From contig CM022672.1 in the NCBI GenBank assembly GCA_012295275.1, forward strand, positions 20,150,001 to 20,214,000: a stretch of 64,000 nucleotides of DNA, read 5' to 3'. This document shows positions 26,161 to 39,767 of the stretch, piece by piece. Position 1 is the first letter of the stretch; the number at the start of each line of letters is the position of its first letter. The position numbers were made by a program, and so were the translations under genes. A model generated the notes under the pieces. It was not told the DNA's origin. It worked only from the letters and a program-made list of their open reading frames with translations, and did not search any database. This stretch comes from Chrysomallon squamiferum (taxonomy: Eukaryota; Animalia; Mollusca).

Positions 26161-29100
26161 TTAGTGACCATTGATTATTTTTGCTGTAGTGGACTGAACT
26201 TCACATTTTGAGCCATTTCTTGTTGATCCATTCTTTTTGTATTCACCATTAGTCCGTTTGACAGCTTCAGTATGATTTTCTGAACTGCTATCAACATTCT
26301 TCTGCACAGGTGTATAGCAGGACCACTCTCCACTGGCTGATTCCAAATACTCCATAGTGTCCAGAAAGTGTTTGCCACTGAATCCACCAACAGCAAAAAG
26401 CCGACCTCCAAGAAATGATGCACCCACATTGGCCCGAGCAGTGGTCATTGGAGGGCCAAAATTCCAAGTGCCATCTTCCGGATCAAAAACCTCTGTTGAT
26501 TCCAAAGAGCGAGTGCCATCACTGCCTCCAATTACAAACAGTTTTCCTGTGACAATAAAAAAATCTTTTTAAACAACAATGATAAAATATCCAAAACAGA
26601 CAAAGATGGTGACTTGAAATAAGATTTTAAAAATCCTGATTTTTTTTCTTTGATAATTCACAGCTCACAATGTTTTAAAATGAACTTAAAAACTGAAATT
26701 AGAAAACATTTATGATCTACTGGAAAATGGATTTTGAACAAATATTTTGATTAAAGGTCTTACAAAAATGACTATAGATTACTTGATAACCAGAACATTT
26801 AATTATAGTATAAAAGTCTTAGACAGCTGCTACTAGCCTTATTTATATATCTGTTTGTATTATTATAATGTATTACTGAAATACATCAATTTTATTTTCA
26901 ATAAAAAAAAAAAAAAAAAAAATAAATAAACTTACCATTTACATTCTCAATGCCAGCACCTCGGCGAGGAACATTAAGAGGTCGACCAAATTCCCAGCAG
27001 TTTGTGTCTGGATTGTAAACTTCAACAGAATTTAGACAATTCCATCCATCACTACCTCCTATTGCATATAGACGACCCTTGAAAGCCCTGACAGCAGCCT
27101 GGAAGCGTGCTGCAAATCAATTTAAAAGACTGATTTTTGATTTTTTTTTAAATATAAAAATACACTTCAAAAGAGAAAGTCCATGTTATCATAAAGTATA
27201 TTAATTAATGAAAACAAAGAAAATTAATTTAAAATTACCCTATATTTGCATACATGGAATCTTTTTCTTTTTTTTATTCTTTTTTTTTTTTTTAAATTTT
27301 ACCACATGCATTTACAAAATATTAAAGAAAAACATAAAAAATTATTAAAATCAAACACTAGAAATTATGGTCATCTCATTTATCTCTCTGTCTATCTGTA
27401 GATAATTATTATTTTTTTTTTTTCTTTTAAATTCATAATTAAAAAAAGTAAACAAAATAATCTAAATAAAATAAAATAACATGAAAAGAAGAAGGGAAAA
27501 AAACTAATTTAAATAGAATGTTATCATTGTCATGTAACAACAGTATTATTTGTTCTAATAAGATAAAAATATGCTATTACCAATGTTCAAGGAAGATATT
27601 CTTTTCCAGTTATTTGTCTGGGAGTCAAATACTTCACATTTCTTCACTGGACCCTGACCCATACTTCCACCAATACAATACACCTTTCCTTTCAGCACTG
27701 CCACACCTGATTACAAATATTAACAAGTCTTATAATAATAGTACAAGTGATAATTACAGTAACAGTAGTAGCAGAAATAGTGGTAATAATAGATGTAGTA
27801 GTAGAAGTAGTAAAATTAATAATAACAATAATGAATAAAATAATTTGAATTTCGTGAAACAAACATTCTATAATGGTGTTGTGAAGGATAACAAATCTCA
27901 GTATTGTGTAATGTTCAGAAGATAACTTCATTTCTTATTATTTGTTTAATTTGTCAAACAGCAGCAAAGGGTAATTCAAATAAACAAATCAGTAATATTT
28001 TATCACTGAACTTTTTAATGTTATGTCCAGTAACTGCAATTTTTAACTGATCAACTACACCTGTAACCATTTCCCTAATTCCTTGAGCAAAGAACATTTA
28101 AAAACAATATAAACAAAATGGAAAATACCTCCAGAATAATGTCTGGATTTTATTAAAACTGATCAATTGAAACATGAATATTAAATCAGAAGAAAATATT
28201 ACCAGGAGAAGACCTTCCTTCTAAGAGATCAGCAACCAATGACCAGGTGTTTTTAACAGGATCATAATATTCTACTGACTTCAGTTCAACATGGCCATCA
28301 GAACCTCCTATGGCATAGACTTTCCCATCCAACTGAGCTGTGGCATGACGACCACGTGCAAAATTCATGTTTGGCAAGGGTCGCCACTCATTGGTATCAA
28401 GAGAATATTCTTCTGCAGATCCCATAATGTCCCCACGATTGTATCCACCTGAAAGAAAAATATTTACATATCAGTGCACTCCAGTTCAATAAATCAACTT
28501 TATGTAGGTGTGTTCATGTGCATGTTTGTTTGTGTACATATAAAGATTCATGCTCGTGTTTACCATACAAATTAATATTTATCATTAATTATTAAAAGTC
28601 AGATATTTAGTAAACTAGATATACTCAAAAATTACAAGTAAACATTTTGTCTCTGTCTAAATATATTTAGAAAAATAATAATAAACTCACCACAAGCTAT
28701 CATTTTCTCTCCAACAGCTCTAAGGCCAAAGCCACACCTAGGAGTGTTCATTGTGGGTAAGGGATTCAAAGACAGATGTCTGTCACATGTACTGAACTTG
28801 TTTTGGCTGGACTGTGACACGGGGGAATCTGAACCCTCTGAGCTGCTGTTGTATGGACTTGTCTGAGGAATGCGGAAGTGAAGAGATACTGTGGCCATTT
28901 TGCCATAGAGCATTACCAGTGCCAGATAAGTGTGACCTGATACGAATAATGAAAACATTAAATTACATTTAAAAATTATTTACAAACATTAAAAAAAAAA
29001 AAAAAAAAAAAATCAAAATTAAATACAAAAATAATAATCAAATCCACTCTAAAAAGAACAAAGTGCACTTAGAAACAATGTCTCACTTAACAAAATTTCA

Positions 29101-32100
29101 TAAATGTTAACTTATGTCATAGAGCTATAAGAATCATAAATAAGCACATGTTACAATATTGGACATAAGACATTCTTGCTCATTTTTCTTTATTGAAATC
29201 TTTTTTATTATGAAGTCTTAAGCAAAATGCTCTTTGTACTAAACAATATATGTAAATCAGTTTTTCAAATAACATTTAAGAAACAATTTAAAAATGTTCT
29301 AAATGCATGCTAATAAAGAAAAAAGAAAAGAGTGAATAAAAAATAATAATAATAATAATATTAATTAAAATGAATAATAATAATAATAATAATAAATTAA
29401 AAACAAAACAGTCTACTTTACTGACAATACTTGTTATTTTCTTTCAACATTATATAGCAGGACATTCCCTCCCTTTATTTGGTATAATATCCCTAACAAG
29501 AATTATTCCTGTAACATCCCAGTTTATTAAAGTCTTTTATACCAACCTAAACAAACTAAATGTTAAAACTATATGTAACATGTATTCTAGTTAAATAGTA
29601 TTTTCATCTTTAATTATTCAAAATATTCTTCTAATTTGTCTCAGAAACATAAAACTAATAGTATATTTTACACATTCTTTCACTTACTGAATTTTACTAT
29701 CAAAAAAATAATCAAATGAGAAAAACAAGGGAAAAAACTAATTAATTGCAAAAAGTGATTGTTTGACCCACCTGCATTTCGATAGCAAGAAATAACTGTA
29801 TACTCTTTCTGCTGAATGCTTGGACATTCTGGGTTGATATTAAATTTATGGAATGGCTGACTGCTGCTGTTATTGCTTGAATTACTGTCTGAAGAATCAC
29901 GACCACCGCGTGTGAGGCCACTCTGAAAGCAAAACAATGAAGTAAACATTAAAACATTTCATATCTTACTTTATTTTTTTTTTTTATTATTTACTGTTTA
30001 TTTCAGGTCTGGACTTAAATCCAAATAATAAAAATCTTACCTGAATGAAGCATTTTTGTTTGTTCAGGAAAAGTATCTTCAGAAAAGAGCTGACTTCAGA
30101 AATGTGATGTCAGTCAATAAATTGACAAGTCAGATTAATAATATAAATGTTTTTGTCATTATAAATGGAAACCAGAGTAATTGGAAATTTGTGAATTTTA
30201 AGTTCATTTACAGTTACATTTTTCAATTTTTAGCACCGAAAGGTTTTATATCATTATTTTACATTTCTACATAATGTGTTTCTTACAATTAGTTTAATGG
30301 TTTCATCAATGTTAAAAAATAGATAAAAATTAATGAAAGATAACAAACAGTAATTAAAAAAATCAAACACACACACACAAAGCAACAGTATGGGTTTTTA
30401 TGAATGTAGCATGTCTACAAATAAAACTCATAAAAGTTGTAATAAAATCATGTTACTAGGTTAAACAGCAAATAACCAACAAAGAAAAACAATAACTAAA
30501 AATACAACCAAAAATGTTGTAGGTTTCATATAAACAATATTAGCAGTCTTCTAACCTGTCTTCTTATCAGTTTCTTGTAATCCTGAACAACTTCATCTTG
30601 TTTCAGATTTTCCATTTCATCCGAGTCAGTAACATTCTGGAGTGTGTTATCAGGTGACAGAAACAGTACATTTACCTGTAACAGAAAAATAGAGGTTCAT
30701 TTTAATGCAAGTTTTTGTATAAACGTCTTAGAATATCAGTTCTCAGCTGCAAGAACATTTATGATTCTCAAAATTAATAACTAAAAAAACAAAATAAAAA
30801 GAGAAAGAAATGTATGTGCCTATCTCACACACACCCAGACAAACATTAATTATATTGCAACCATAAACAAGATTCCAAATGACAATGGTGATTTTTAGGA
30901 TTTACTCATATTTAATGTAATAATGATGATGATGATAATAACAACAACAATAGAAAAAAATCAAACACAAAACTATAACAATAATTAAAATAAGCAAAAA
31001 AAAACCAACCATCTATAGTTTGACAACTCAGAATTTCAGTTTTTAAACTTAGTGAAAACATTTAAGGTTTATAAAATCATTGTTATTTTACAATTCAGCT
31101 AGATGATTAAACATATGATTAAACATTACATTAAAATAAAATAAATATATTTATAAAAAATAAATAAATAAAAAGACTTATAAAAATATTTACTTACCTG
31201 TTCAGTTAAAATATCAATTTTGGCTTTATTTTCATCAAGTACATTGTGTGCCCAGTCTAAAACCAGTTCAAACAGATGATACTGACTACTTGAATTTAAC
31301 AAGTTGTCATCAGCACCTGGAAATAATTTGAAATATTTGAAACTATACACTTTTAGATACATTTTTAACTTGCTACTTCAAATTACAAAGTGACAATAAA
31401 TTAACTGTTAAGATACATTTAAGATAACTATTTATTTGGATATATTTATTGTAAATTTATTTTTGATGCCTTTTTTTTTTTTTATCCAGCAAATAATATT
31501 TGTATATAAATACCTCTAAAATAGCACAAATCGACTTTACAGCTTATTCAACACCACAAGTTACAACAACCAAAAACAGTTTAACGATTTAAAAACAAAA
31601 AAAACAACAAAAAAATGTATGTACATGTATATATATATATATATATTGTCACAAAAAAGATAAACAAAATATCAATAAGTTAAATTAACAACATATATGT
31701 GTTATATATTTGTTATATATATATACTAGACACAAAAATACTGACCTACAACTTCAACCTGGACCCGAGGAAGATTAAAGAATTGCTTTGTATTTTTAAT
31801 GTCTTGAATATTGTTTTGTATGTACTGGTCCACTTGATTCTTGAATTCAGGGTCAAGTAAAGATGTACGGAGATCTGAAAGACAAAAAAGTAACCAGATC
31901 AAAACACTATTTAAAAACTGAACAACATCAATCCTTGAAAATTTTAACATTTAGCATCTTTTAATTTTTAAATTTTATATACATATATATGTATATGCCT
32001 TTTTTTTTTTTTAAGTTGGTGTTGGTTAAATTTTATTTTTTTAGCATTGTATTATTAACTATTCCCCTAAGTTGAAATACATTTTTAAAAAAAGATAATA

Positions 32101-34820
32101 AGACAACAGGTAACATGACAACATCCCCATCCTCTACAATACATAATAATTACTACTCAAAACAATTAAAGAAAAAATTATAAATATTTAATTTTTTTTT
32201 TCCTATAGTGTTAAGCATATTAATTAGTTTATTCAACAATCATGTACATATCATTTTAAAAGTTATTACATATTTATAATTATGTTTAGAAGACAATCCA
32301 AATATTTCTGGCACATATTGATCATGTTTTTGTTGCTTTTTTGTGTTATCTTTAGAACAAATTCTTATTCATGTAATATATTTTTAAATAATATACTTCT
32401 TATTTCTGATTTTGGTATTTTATTATTTATGAAGAGCAAAAATTTAATATTCGCATTTTTATTCCAGTATTTCTTATATTGTCTTGAGTAGTATACAAGC
32501 TATCAAAAAAATATACAAATTTAAAATTTGACTGAGTACAAAATGTAAAATATAATATAGTGTTATAATAGAAACATATGTTATAAATATTAATATTTGA
32601 GACATTCAATTTGTAATGAAATAAAATAAAATATGACTATAATTATTTCAAGTATTTTTTATCATGCTGGATAAATGATTTTCTTACATGAATGTCATTT
32701 AACAATATCAATTTAATAATCAAAAAATCAAAGGGCAAATAAAAGAATTCTAAAATTATTGTAATATCTGTGCCTAGTACATGCTACAAAAAAAAAAAAA
32801 AAAAAAAAGAAGTTTTTTTTAAATATTTTAACTAAAATGATTAAGAAACAATCAGTTATCTGCCCTTGGATATTTTGCATTTTGGTAGGCAAGGGTTATA
32901 CTAAAAACATCACATTACTACACGCTTACCTTTAGCAGAGGCAAGACCCATTCAGTGAAGCATACAGCCATACACTGATAAAAATATAATTTGCGAACAA
33001 TCTTTGTAACATAAAAACATTTGTATTTTTACTTGGATGGGATGGGAGAAGGTGATGACCACACTTTAGTTTTTTCACATGCTAGATGACCCAATAGCCT
33101 TGCAGACAATGAATGTCAGTTCACCAGCAATTTTCCTTTATACAGTGGCAATTAAATTTTAATAAAACTTGATGGCCAACTGTTTTGATGTACATGCAGT
33201 ATGAAATGTATGCCAAAGGCCAGTGGTTTCCAATTTGCAAATTTGGCTGTTGAATAGTTAAAGCTTTGTGGCATGTTATCACATACAATTTGTTTTTCTT
33301 TTTAATTTGAAATTCCCATTTTATCACTTTATCAGTCAATTTTTTTTATTTATTTATTTATATTTATATACATGCTAATGAGGCACAGGTCTGATGTTGT
33401 CATCAGAGTTATTTTAATTTTTAAAATTATTTGTAAGAAAATGAATTCAAAAGAAAAAGAGAAAAAGGTAAAATAAAAATATAACAGAAAATTTTCAGTG
33501 CTTTATTTTTTTTTAAATTGAAAATCATATATTTTTATACATTCAATAATTAATTTTAAATTCCATTTAACAATTTAATATTTTTATATTATTTTTTATT
33601 TCAGTAATACCATTGTACCTTTTCAATGGTATATTTTAATATTTCTCTATCAGAAACAAAAGCAAATAACAACAGTTAAAAAAAAAAAAAAAATAAAAAG
33701 CAAATAAAAAAAAAATTGAACATTTTCTTAATTTAATTACTTAAAAATTACCTAACAGATGAAGTATTCTTACTGAAGCAATTTAATTTTGATGATTTGT
33801 TTTTCTCTTAAATTTCATTTTCATTTATTTTTTAAAATTTAATTTGAGTTAATAATATATACTGAACTACTATGATGTCCTTTTTAAGTGATACATGCCA
33901 ATTAAACGGAGCGTGGATTAGAAGGGGGCAGCTTACCGAATCTCTCAAGATCACCGGTGTGTGTATCAGTACAGCAACAGGCACCTGAAATGTCAAGGTA
34001 GAGACATGACACAAGCTGGGGCCCTCATGATGGAGAGCCCCCTGCTGTGGATGAAATGAAGATACCTAGGCAGTTAACAGGGCTGAGTTTAGCTGCCAGG
34101 AAGTCGGCACAAGCACGTGATGCAAGATCCATCTTCAGTCTTAGTGCAGTCACATACAAAGGTTGGACCTCTTCTGGAGGGACATTCATCCTGCAGCATT
34201 TAAATTACATGAGCAAAACATACATTCAAAAATATAATAATAATAGTAACAGAAATTAATTTCTTAAGCAATACAATTTCAGATATCAAAATTGATCACT
34301 TATCACTTCATGTAACAAATTTATCCATTTTACAGTTGAATCATCATGCAAGAAATATTTAATTATAAAATGATTTTTTAAATTGAAATGAATAAACTAT
34401 CATTTGTCTGTTACTGATCAGTAATGAGCAAAACCAGACAGATAAATTTTAGTCATTAATGGGTTAGTATTTATTTATTATTACATTTTGTTTTACCTAC
34501 CTGCCAGTATACATGTAAGTTAGCAAATGCTCAAAACTTGTGAAGTCAATGTCTTTTAATTTAAACATCTCCATTGATGAAGCCTGATCTCCCTTGGTAA
34601 ATAAATCAAATAACAGAGGACTGCAGGTAGCTAGAACTGCTCGGTGTGCAGGGAATTCATGATCATCAACAATAAACTTGACATCACAAAACTGACAACT
34701 TCTTCTCAATGCATTCAAAGAAACCAGCATTTCTTCTTGGTAGTTTGAGTTCACAAATGTAAAATATGTGTCAAGAGCCACCTCAGCTTCTGGGCTTGAA
34801 TCACCATTGATTGTTGTCAT
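26161..34820 (-). CDS. IVNS1ABP: Influenza virus NS1A-binding protein homologue (BTB-BACK-Kelch, KLHL39)
   Basis: Phase-consistent exons on -: 34820-34501, 34190-34066, 31874-31746, 31316-31198, 30675-30556, 29922-29772, 28936-28691, 28448-28203, 27706-27581, 27109-26936, 26546-26161. BTB motif LNALRRSCQFCDV...AHRAVLATCSP is present. NS1-BP-like segments include VDQYIQ...LPRVQVEV, VNVLFLSPDNTL and HTYLALVMLYGK. Kelch repeats include WNCLNSVEVYNP...RRGAG and RANVG...GGFSGKHFLDTMEY. Confidence 0.93.
32930..32974 (-). other. Candidate 45-nt poison (premature-stop) cassette exon of IVNS1ABP
   Basis: TTTTTATCAG|TGTATG...CTAAAG|GTAAGC. In the phase-1 frame it reads V-Y-G-C-M-L-H-TGA. Confidence 0.5.
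33937..33984 (-). other. Candidate 48-nt in-frame cassette exon of IVNS1ABP
   Basis: CCTTGACATTTCAG|GTGCC...ATTCG|GTAAGC. It keeps phase 1 and encodes GACCCTDTHTGDLERF with no stop. Confidence 0.5.
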
Positions 34821-37800
34821 TGTGAACTGTTGTTTTTTAGGAATTGCAACCTGAATATCCTGAAATAAAACATCAAATAAATATTTAAAATATTAAGTTT
34901 TCCAGAAAAGAAACAAAACAAAACAAAACAAAACAAAACACTAAAATATTCAGCTTCCATGCCAAACAATCATTAAAAAAAAGAAATCGCTATCCTGGAC
35001 TAAAATAAAATTTTACATTTTAAAATCATATGTAAATACATTGTTTTGTCAGTCCACTTGTTTACAATTTAAAACATTTAATTAGATAACATTTTCTATC
35101 CTTTTATACTCTCTCTCAAATTGTTACTGTCAATATATGGTTAACAAATTGAATAAAATACCAAATAATATTAATCCAATTTATTTTCTATACAGAGAAA
35201 TTAATTTTGCATTTGGCTTTGATTGTATGCATGTGTGTGTACATACATATATACTTGGAAATAACAAATTACTGATTTGTTGGTGGTTTTTTACTATCAG
35301 GCTTTACTAATAATAAAAATCACAAGGATTAAGTAAATCACTGCAAAATAATGTATCTTCAATCTATCAGTGATCTGTCTATTTATACTGCCGTTTATCA
35401 AATGTCTTAATAAAAGGAAATATATCATTTATTTATTTTTTTAATTGTTATATTTATTATTAGCTAACACTGGTTATGAAACACTCTTCCAGAGACTACA
35501 AAATATATTAAAGTTATTTGGTTGTGCTAAAACTATACAGGAACGTATTATCTTAATTTTTCAGTACATTTCTTTTTAAATGTAAGGAAAATGTTCTTTT
35601 TTCATTTGTCATTCATTTGTTTTTCTGCATTTTCAAAGTAATCAGGGGTGCTGACAGTACAAGCACATCACTTAAACTAAATATTTTGGTCCTGACATTT
35701 CAATTACCTTCACACATTTCCTGAACCAAAAGAAATCAATACTGAGGTAGTGATGCTAGCAGAGTAATAATACTTGATAACACACAAGACATAAGCCGAA
35801 AACAATCAATATGAAAGGATCAATCTATAACATAGAAATGGTGATTGAAAATACATTAGCAGGTATATGTCATTATTCAGAGTATTAGAAGTACTTATGA
35901 ACTTAATCTACTAATTTCCAATAAAACACATACATTTGTTTGATGTGTATGTTATTTAATAGTTCATAGAATGACTCCTATCATTATATAGCTTATCTAC
36001 TGAAACATCACTTTCATTTTCCTTTTTTTTTTTTTTTAAAAACATACCAAAAATCTATCATTTAGCTAAATGATGTAAAAGAAGAAAACGTCATTCCAGT
36101 GTTTATTATGTTGTTGGAAAAAATTGCTGGTTATCTGAAATAAAAATGGCAGAACCTCAAAATTCCATACAATTATGAGAGAACATGTATTTATGAGAGG
36201 TTATGGATTTTCACCAAGTTCGTTCTGACATTTATAAGAACATTACTGATGTTAGTCATTACCATTTACTGGAAAAGTTCTTATCTGTATTTGTTTTCAT
36301 GCAATTAATAAATGAAAATGAGTGGTGTAAAATCTCTCGAATTTACATGATAATATAACTAAGAGTTTGAGATTGTTTTTTATATACCAATTTAAAGCAT
36401 ATAAAAGGATGCATTGTTTGAGAAGCACAGATAAAAAATTAATTTCACATTGGCATTTCAATATTTGTTTATTCTTGAATACATTAATCCTGAGATATGA
36501 CATTTATCCAATATGAATTAAAATATAATAATGGCAAGAACTGTTATGCTCATATATGGGAATAAATATTTTGCTATGCAATACCAATGTATTTTGAATG
36601 CTCCAATTCTTATAGGCAATCAACTTGAATTCAAAGTACAAATAAAATATAATAAAAATTCAAGATTTTTTTTCTTTAACAAGGAAGCAACTGTCCTATT
36701 CCACTGACAAATATTATTTTTCTAGAGAATAATTAGCCATGCTGATTTTTAAAAAATCAGTTAGCACTAATATTCAAAACCCAATTGTTGGTATTGTTCA
36801 GACTTGGTGGGGTAAAGAGAAAGGCTTAAAATGATTTACAATATGGTCTTTTCATTATTACTATAAAACATCATCAGATACTGTTCTAGTTTCAGATTTG
36901 GAGAATCAAAAAAAAAAAAATGTAGGTGATCAGAATATAATAATACCTGTCGTAATCCATACAATAAGACTGAATACAATAAGACTGAATACAAATGAAT
37001 TAAATCTTCTATCTCTTCACCAAATAATGCTATACAAACTTCTATTTATATTTCAGTTATCATGAATTCTTAAAGAGATTAAATCTTTGTATTCATTGTA
37101 GTTTATTTCATTTGGTTCAGCTTATGCGTAATGACCGCAATGGCCACGTCATTATCAGTTTGAACTATTCACAGTTATGGCATTGTCAGTTACAAAAATA
37201 ACTGTGGTTATAAACACAACTGTCATGGAATAATGTTGCTGTTTTTCTTTTTGCCAAGGAGTAAAGAGTAATTATTTCATTTGTTGAACACTTGTTGAAC
37301 AAACTTTTCCCCGTTATGTTCTTACAAAACATATAATATTATACTTTCCAAAATAGTTAACCCAGTAAGCACTCAAATTTAATGTCTTCTGCTAAGGTAG
37401 AATTTGTATTTTGTATTCCTAATAATCAAAAAATTTGCTTTAGCCTGGTTAGCCTTATGAATAATATGGCCCTGACCAGATACACTGACATTTGATAAAC
37501 TGTTGCTGAGCACTGACTGGTCCACAAAAGACCTAAGAGGAAGACGTTTTTTTTCTTTTCTTTTTTTCTTTTTTGTTGTTACATTTAATTGTATTGCATA
37601 GGATGTGTGTATCATTTTCAACTATAAATTTTCTATTGGTTAAAAATATGGTACATAATAAATTATGAACATTCATTTCAATATATTCTAAGCAGAAGTG
37701 TATATCTGAATTTTTTTTTCAAAAAATAGTACATATTACACTATCTATGTGGAAAAGGTTTTAAATTATTGGCTTGATTAAGAAAGCATGTTTCTCTTTA

Positions 37801-38825
37801 ACTTAATATTTAAATATGTATGTATACATTTGTACGTGTGTATATATTATCCTTTATACTTTATTAAAAGCATTTTATTTTCTTGAGTAATTTTAGATTT
37901 AATTTTTATTCATTTAAAAAAACAACTAAAAAGCTTTCACCAAAAAATGGAGAAAAAATTAAAAATTAAAAAATCAAACACATTAGACTTTAATAAAAAC
38001 TAAATAATAATTTATATATGTATTTTTAAATAGCATTTTATTGTTATTAAACTGATTCTTCTCAACAAGTGTTAATACAATTAGACTGCAAAACATTAAA
38101 ATTTTAGGACAACAAATAAAATATTTAGTAAGATTAATAGTGCATATAATTCAATAAAACTAAATAATATGGTGAATTTAAAATTCCAGTCATATATATT
38201 CTGAAACCTAAATTTCCTGTTATAAAACTTGTCATTATCTGTGATTAGAATTAACTTAAAATTTGTATTTCAACATTTTAAACAGTAATTATGTAAATTT
38301 ATAAATGTTGATAAACAGAAAATTAAAGATAAACATTACTTAACAAATAATTAGTAATCTATAATGACATCAAGTGTGAATCATTATTATACTTTTTAAG
38401 TTAACATTAAAACAGATATTATCATTTGAATCTGAGTAAAAAATAACAATATAGTTTCTTCCAATTCAGTTTGAGTATTTTATTTCTTTATTTATTATAT
38501 TTGTTATGCAATAAGTGAAGGTATAAAGTATGATAATTAAAAATAATAATAAAAGTACTTTTAAAAACCTACATCTACTGTTTATAGAAAACAATGCACA
38601 CACACACACACACACATACACATAAGAGTATATAATAAGTTTATTAAACCTTTCCAGCAAATCAAAAGTTCAACAAAAACATTAAAGAAAACCTGAATAT
38701 ATACTTCCTTTTAACTGCCTTTACAAAATAAAACAAAAATATACATTTTTTTTTTTATATATTACTTCATTCAAAATATATAGTAAATATTTAACATATA
38801 TTAAATAAATCACTTCCAAACTTAC

Positions 38826-38857
38826 ATTTGTAGTCGCCATTTAAATCACTGTGACAT
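38826..38857 (-). other. Candidate alternative 5' exon of IVNS1ABP supplying an upstream in-frame ATG
   Basis: TTTCAG|ATGTCACAGTGATTTAAATGGCGACTACAAAT|GTAAGT. ATG 38840 gives MATTN (phase 0), in frame with the open 39 nt (34859-34821) before the main ATG. Confidence 0.45.
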
Positions 38858-39767
38858 CTGAAACAGCTGACCAGTAAAATGGAGAACAATTTTCCATATT
38901 CATCACATTAGCCAGGAAACCTTTGTCAGTTATCAAAAACAAACACAATTTGAATTTGCAGGTCGTTATTAGACTAATGAATGCATTTTGCTTTGAAATT
39001 ATTTATATACTTCAACTGTCCATATATACATGTTACATACCTAAGAAAACAGAATCCACTAAACAGAAGCCAACCATCTCATTAAACAAGGCAAACTAAT
39101 GTGGGAAAATCTCATTAGCATAACTCTGTAGCCTGACTGTTTCTTTGACTGTGACCAAGCAGATAAGTTAGTGTGCCAGAAAAAAAAAATTCATATGACT
39201 AGGTCATGTTGGCCAACTCAGACTACTGAAGATCTTTTTCTTATATAACCAATTACCTCTAACAAAGGAAACTAAATATTCATTCTGTCAGCTGATAAAT
39301 CTTAAAGCACTGTAATTTATAAGCTTCCATATTTCCAAATGGTGAACACTGCAAAGCAAACAGTCAATGCAAAATAGAGAGACGATAAAGGTAAAGGATA
39401 TTTTAAATGACAATGCCCAAGACAATATTAATTACAACATTTTAAAAACTCACAAGGCATATTTTTAAAAATAAATGTTAAATACTGGTGATTATGTAAG
39501 TAAAACTATTTTTAATCAATCTTATCATATTCAACTTAATCTTTAATCTTTGGAAGTCTAATGCAATATATCATTATGACAGCCGCAAATAAATGAAGGT
39601 TGGAATTATTTTGTTTGATAAGGACAGAAATCTAAGTTAGACTTAAACTGCTTGAAAAATAAATTATAAACAAATACAACAGATACATTTTGGGGGAAAA
39701 AAAAAAAAAAAAAAAAAATGGGTATTTCGGTGGTATAACAACAATCTGAGATATAAATGGTCCCGTC

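Noticed and set aside
33051-33125. C/D-box snoRNA (GTGATGA with a terminal stem)
   Set aside because: The C-box-like motif is antisense to the host transcript and there is no terminal CTGA D box; kept only as a possible structure.
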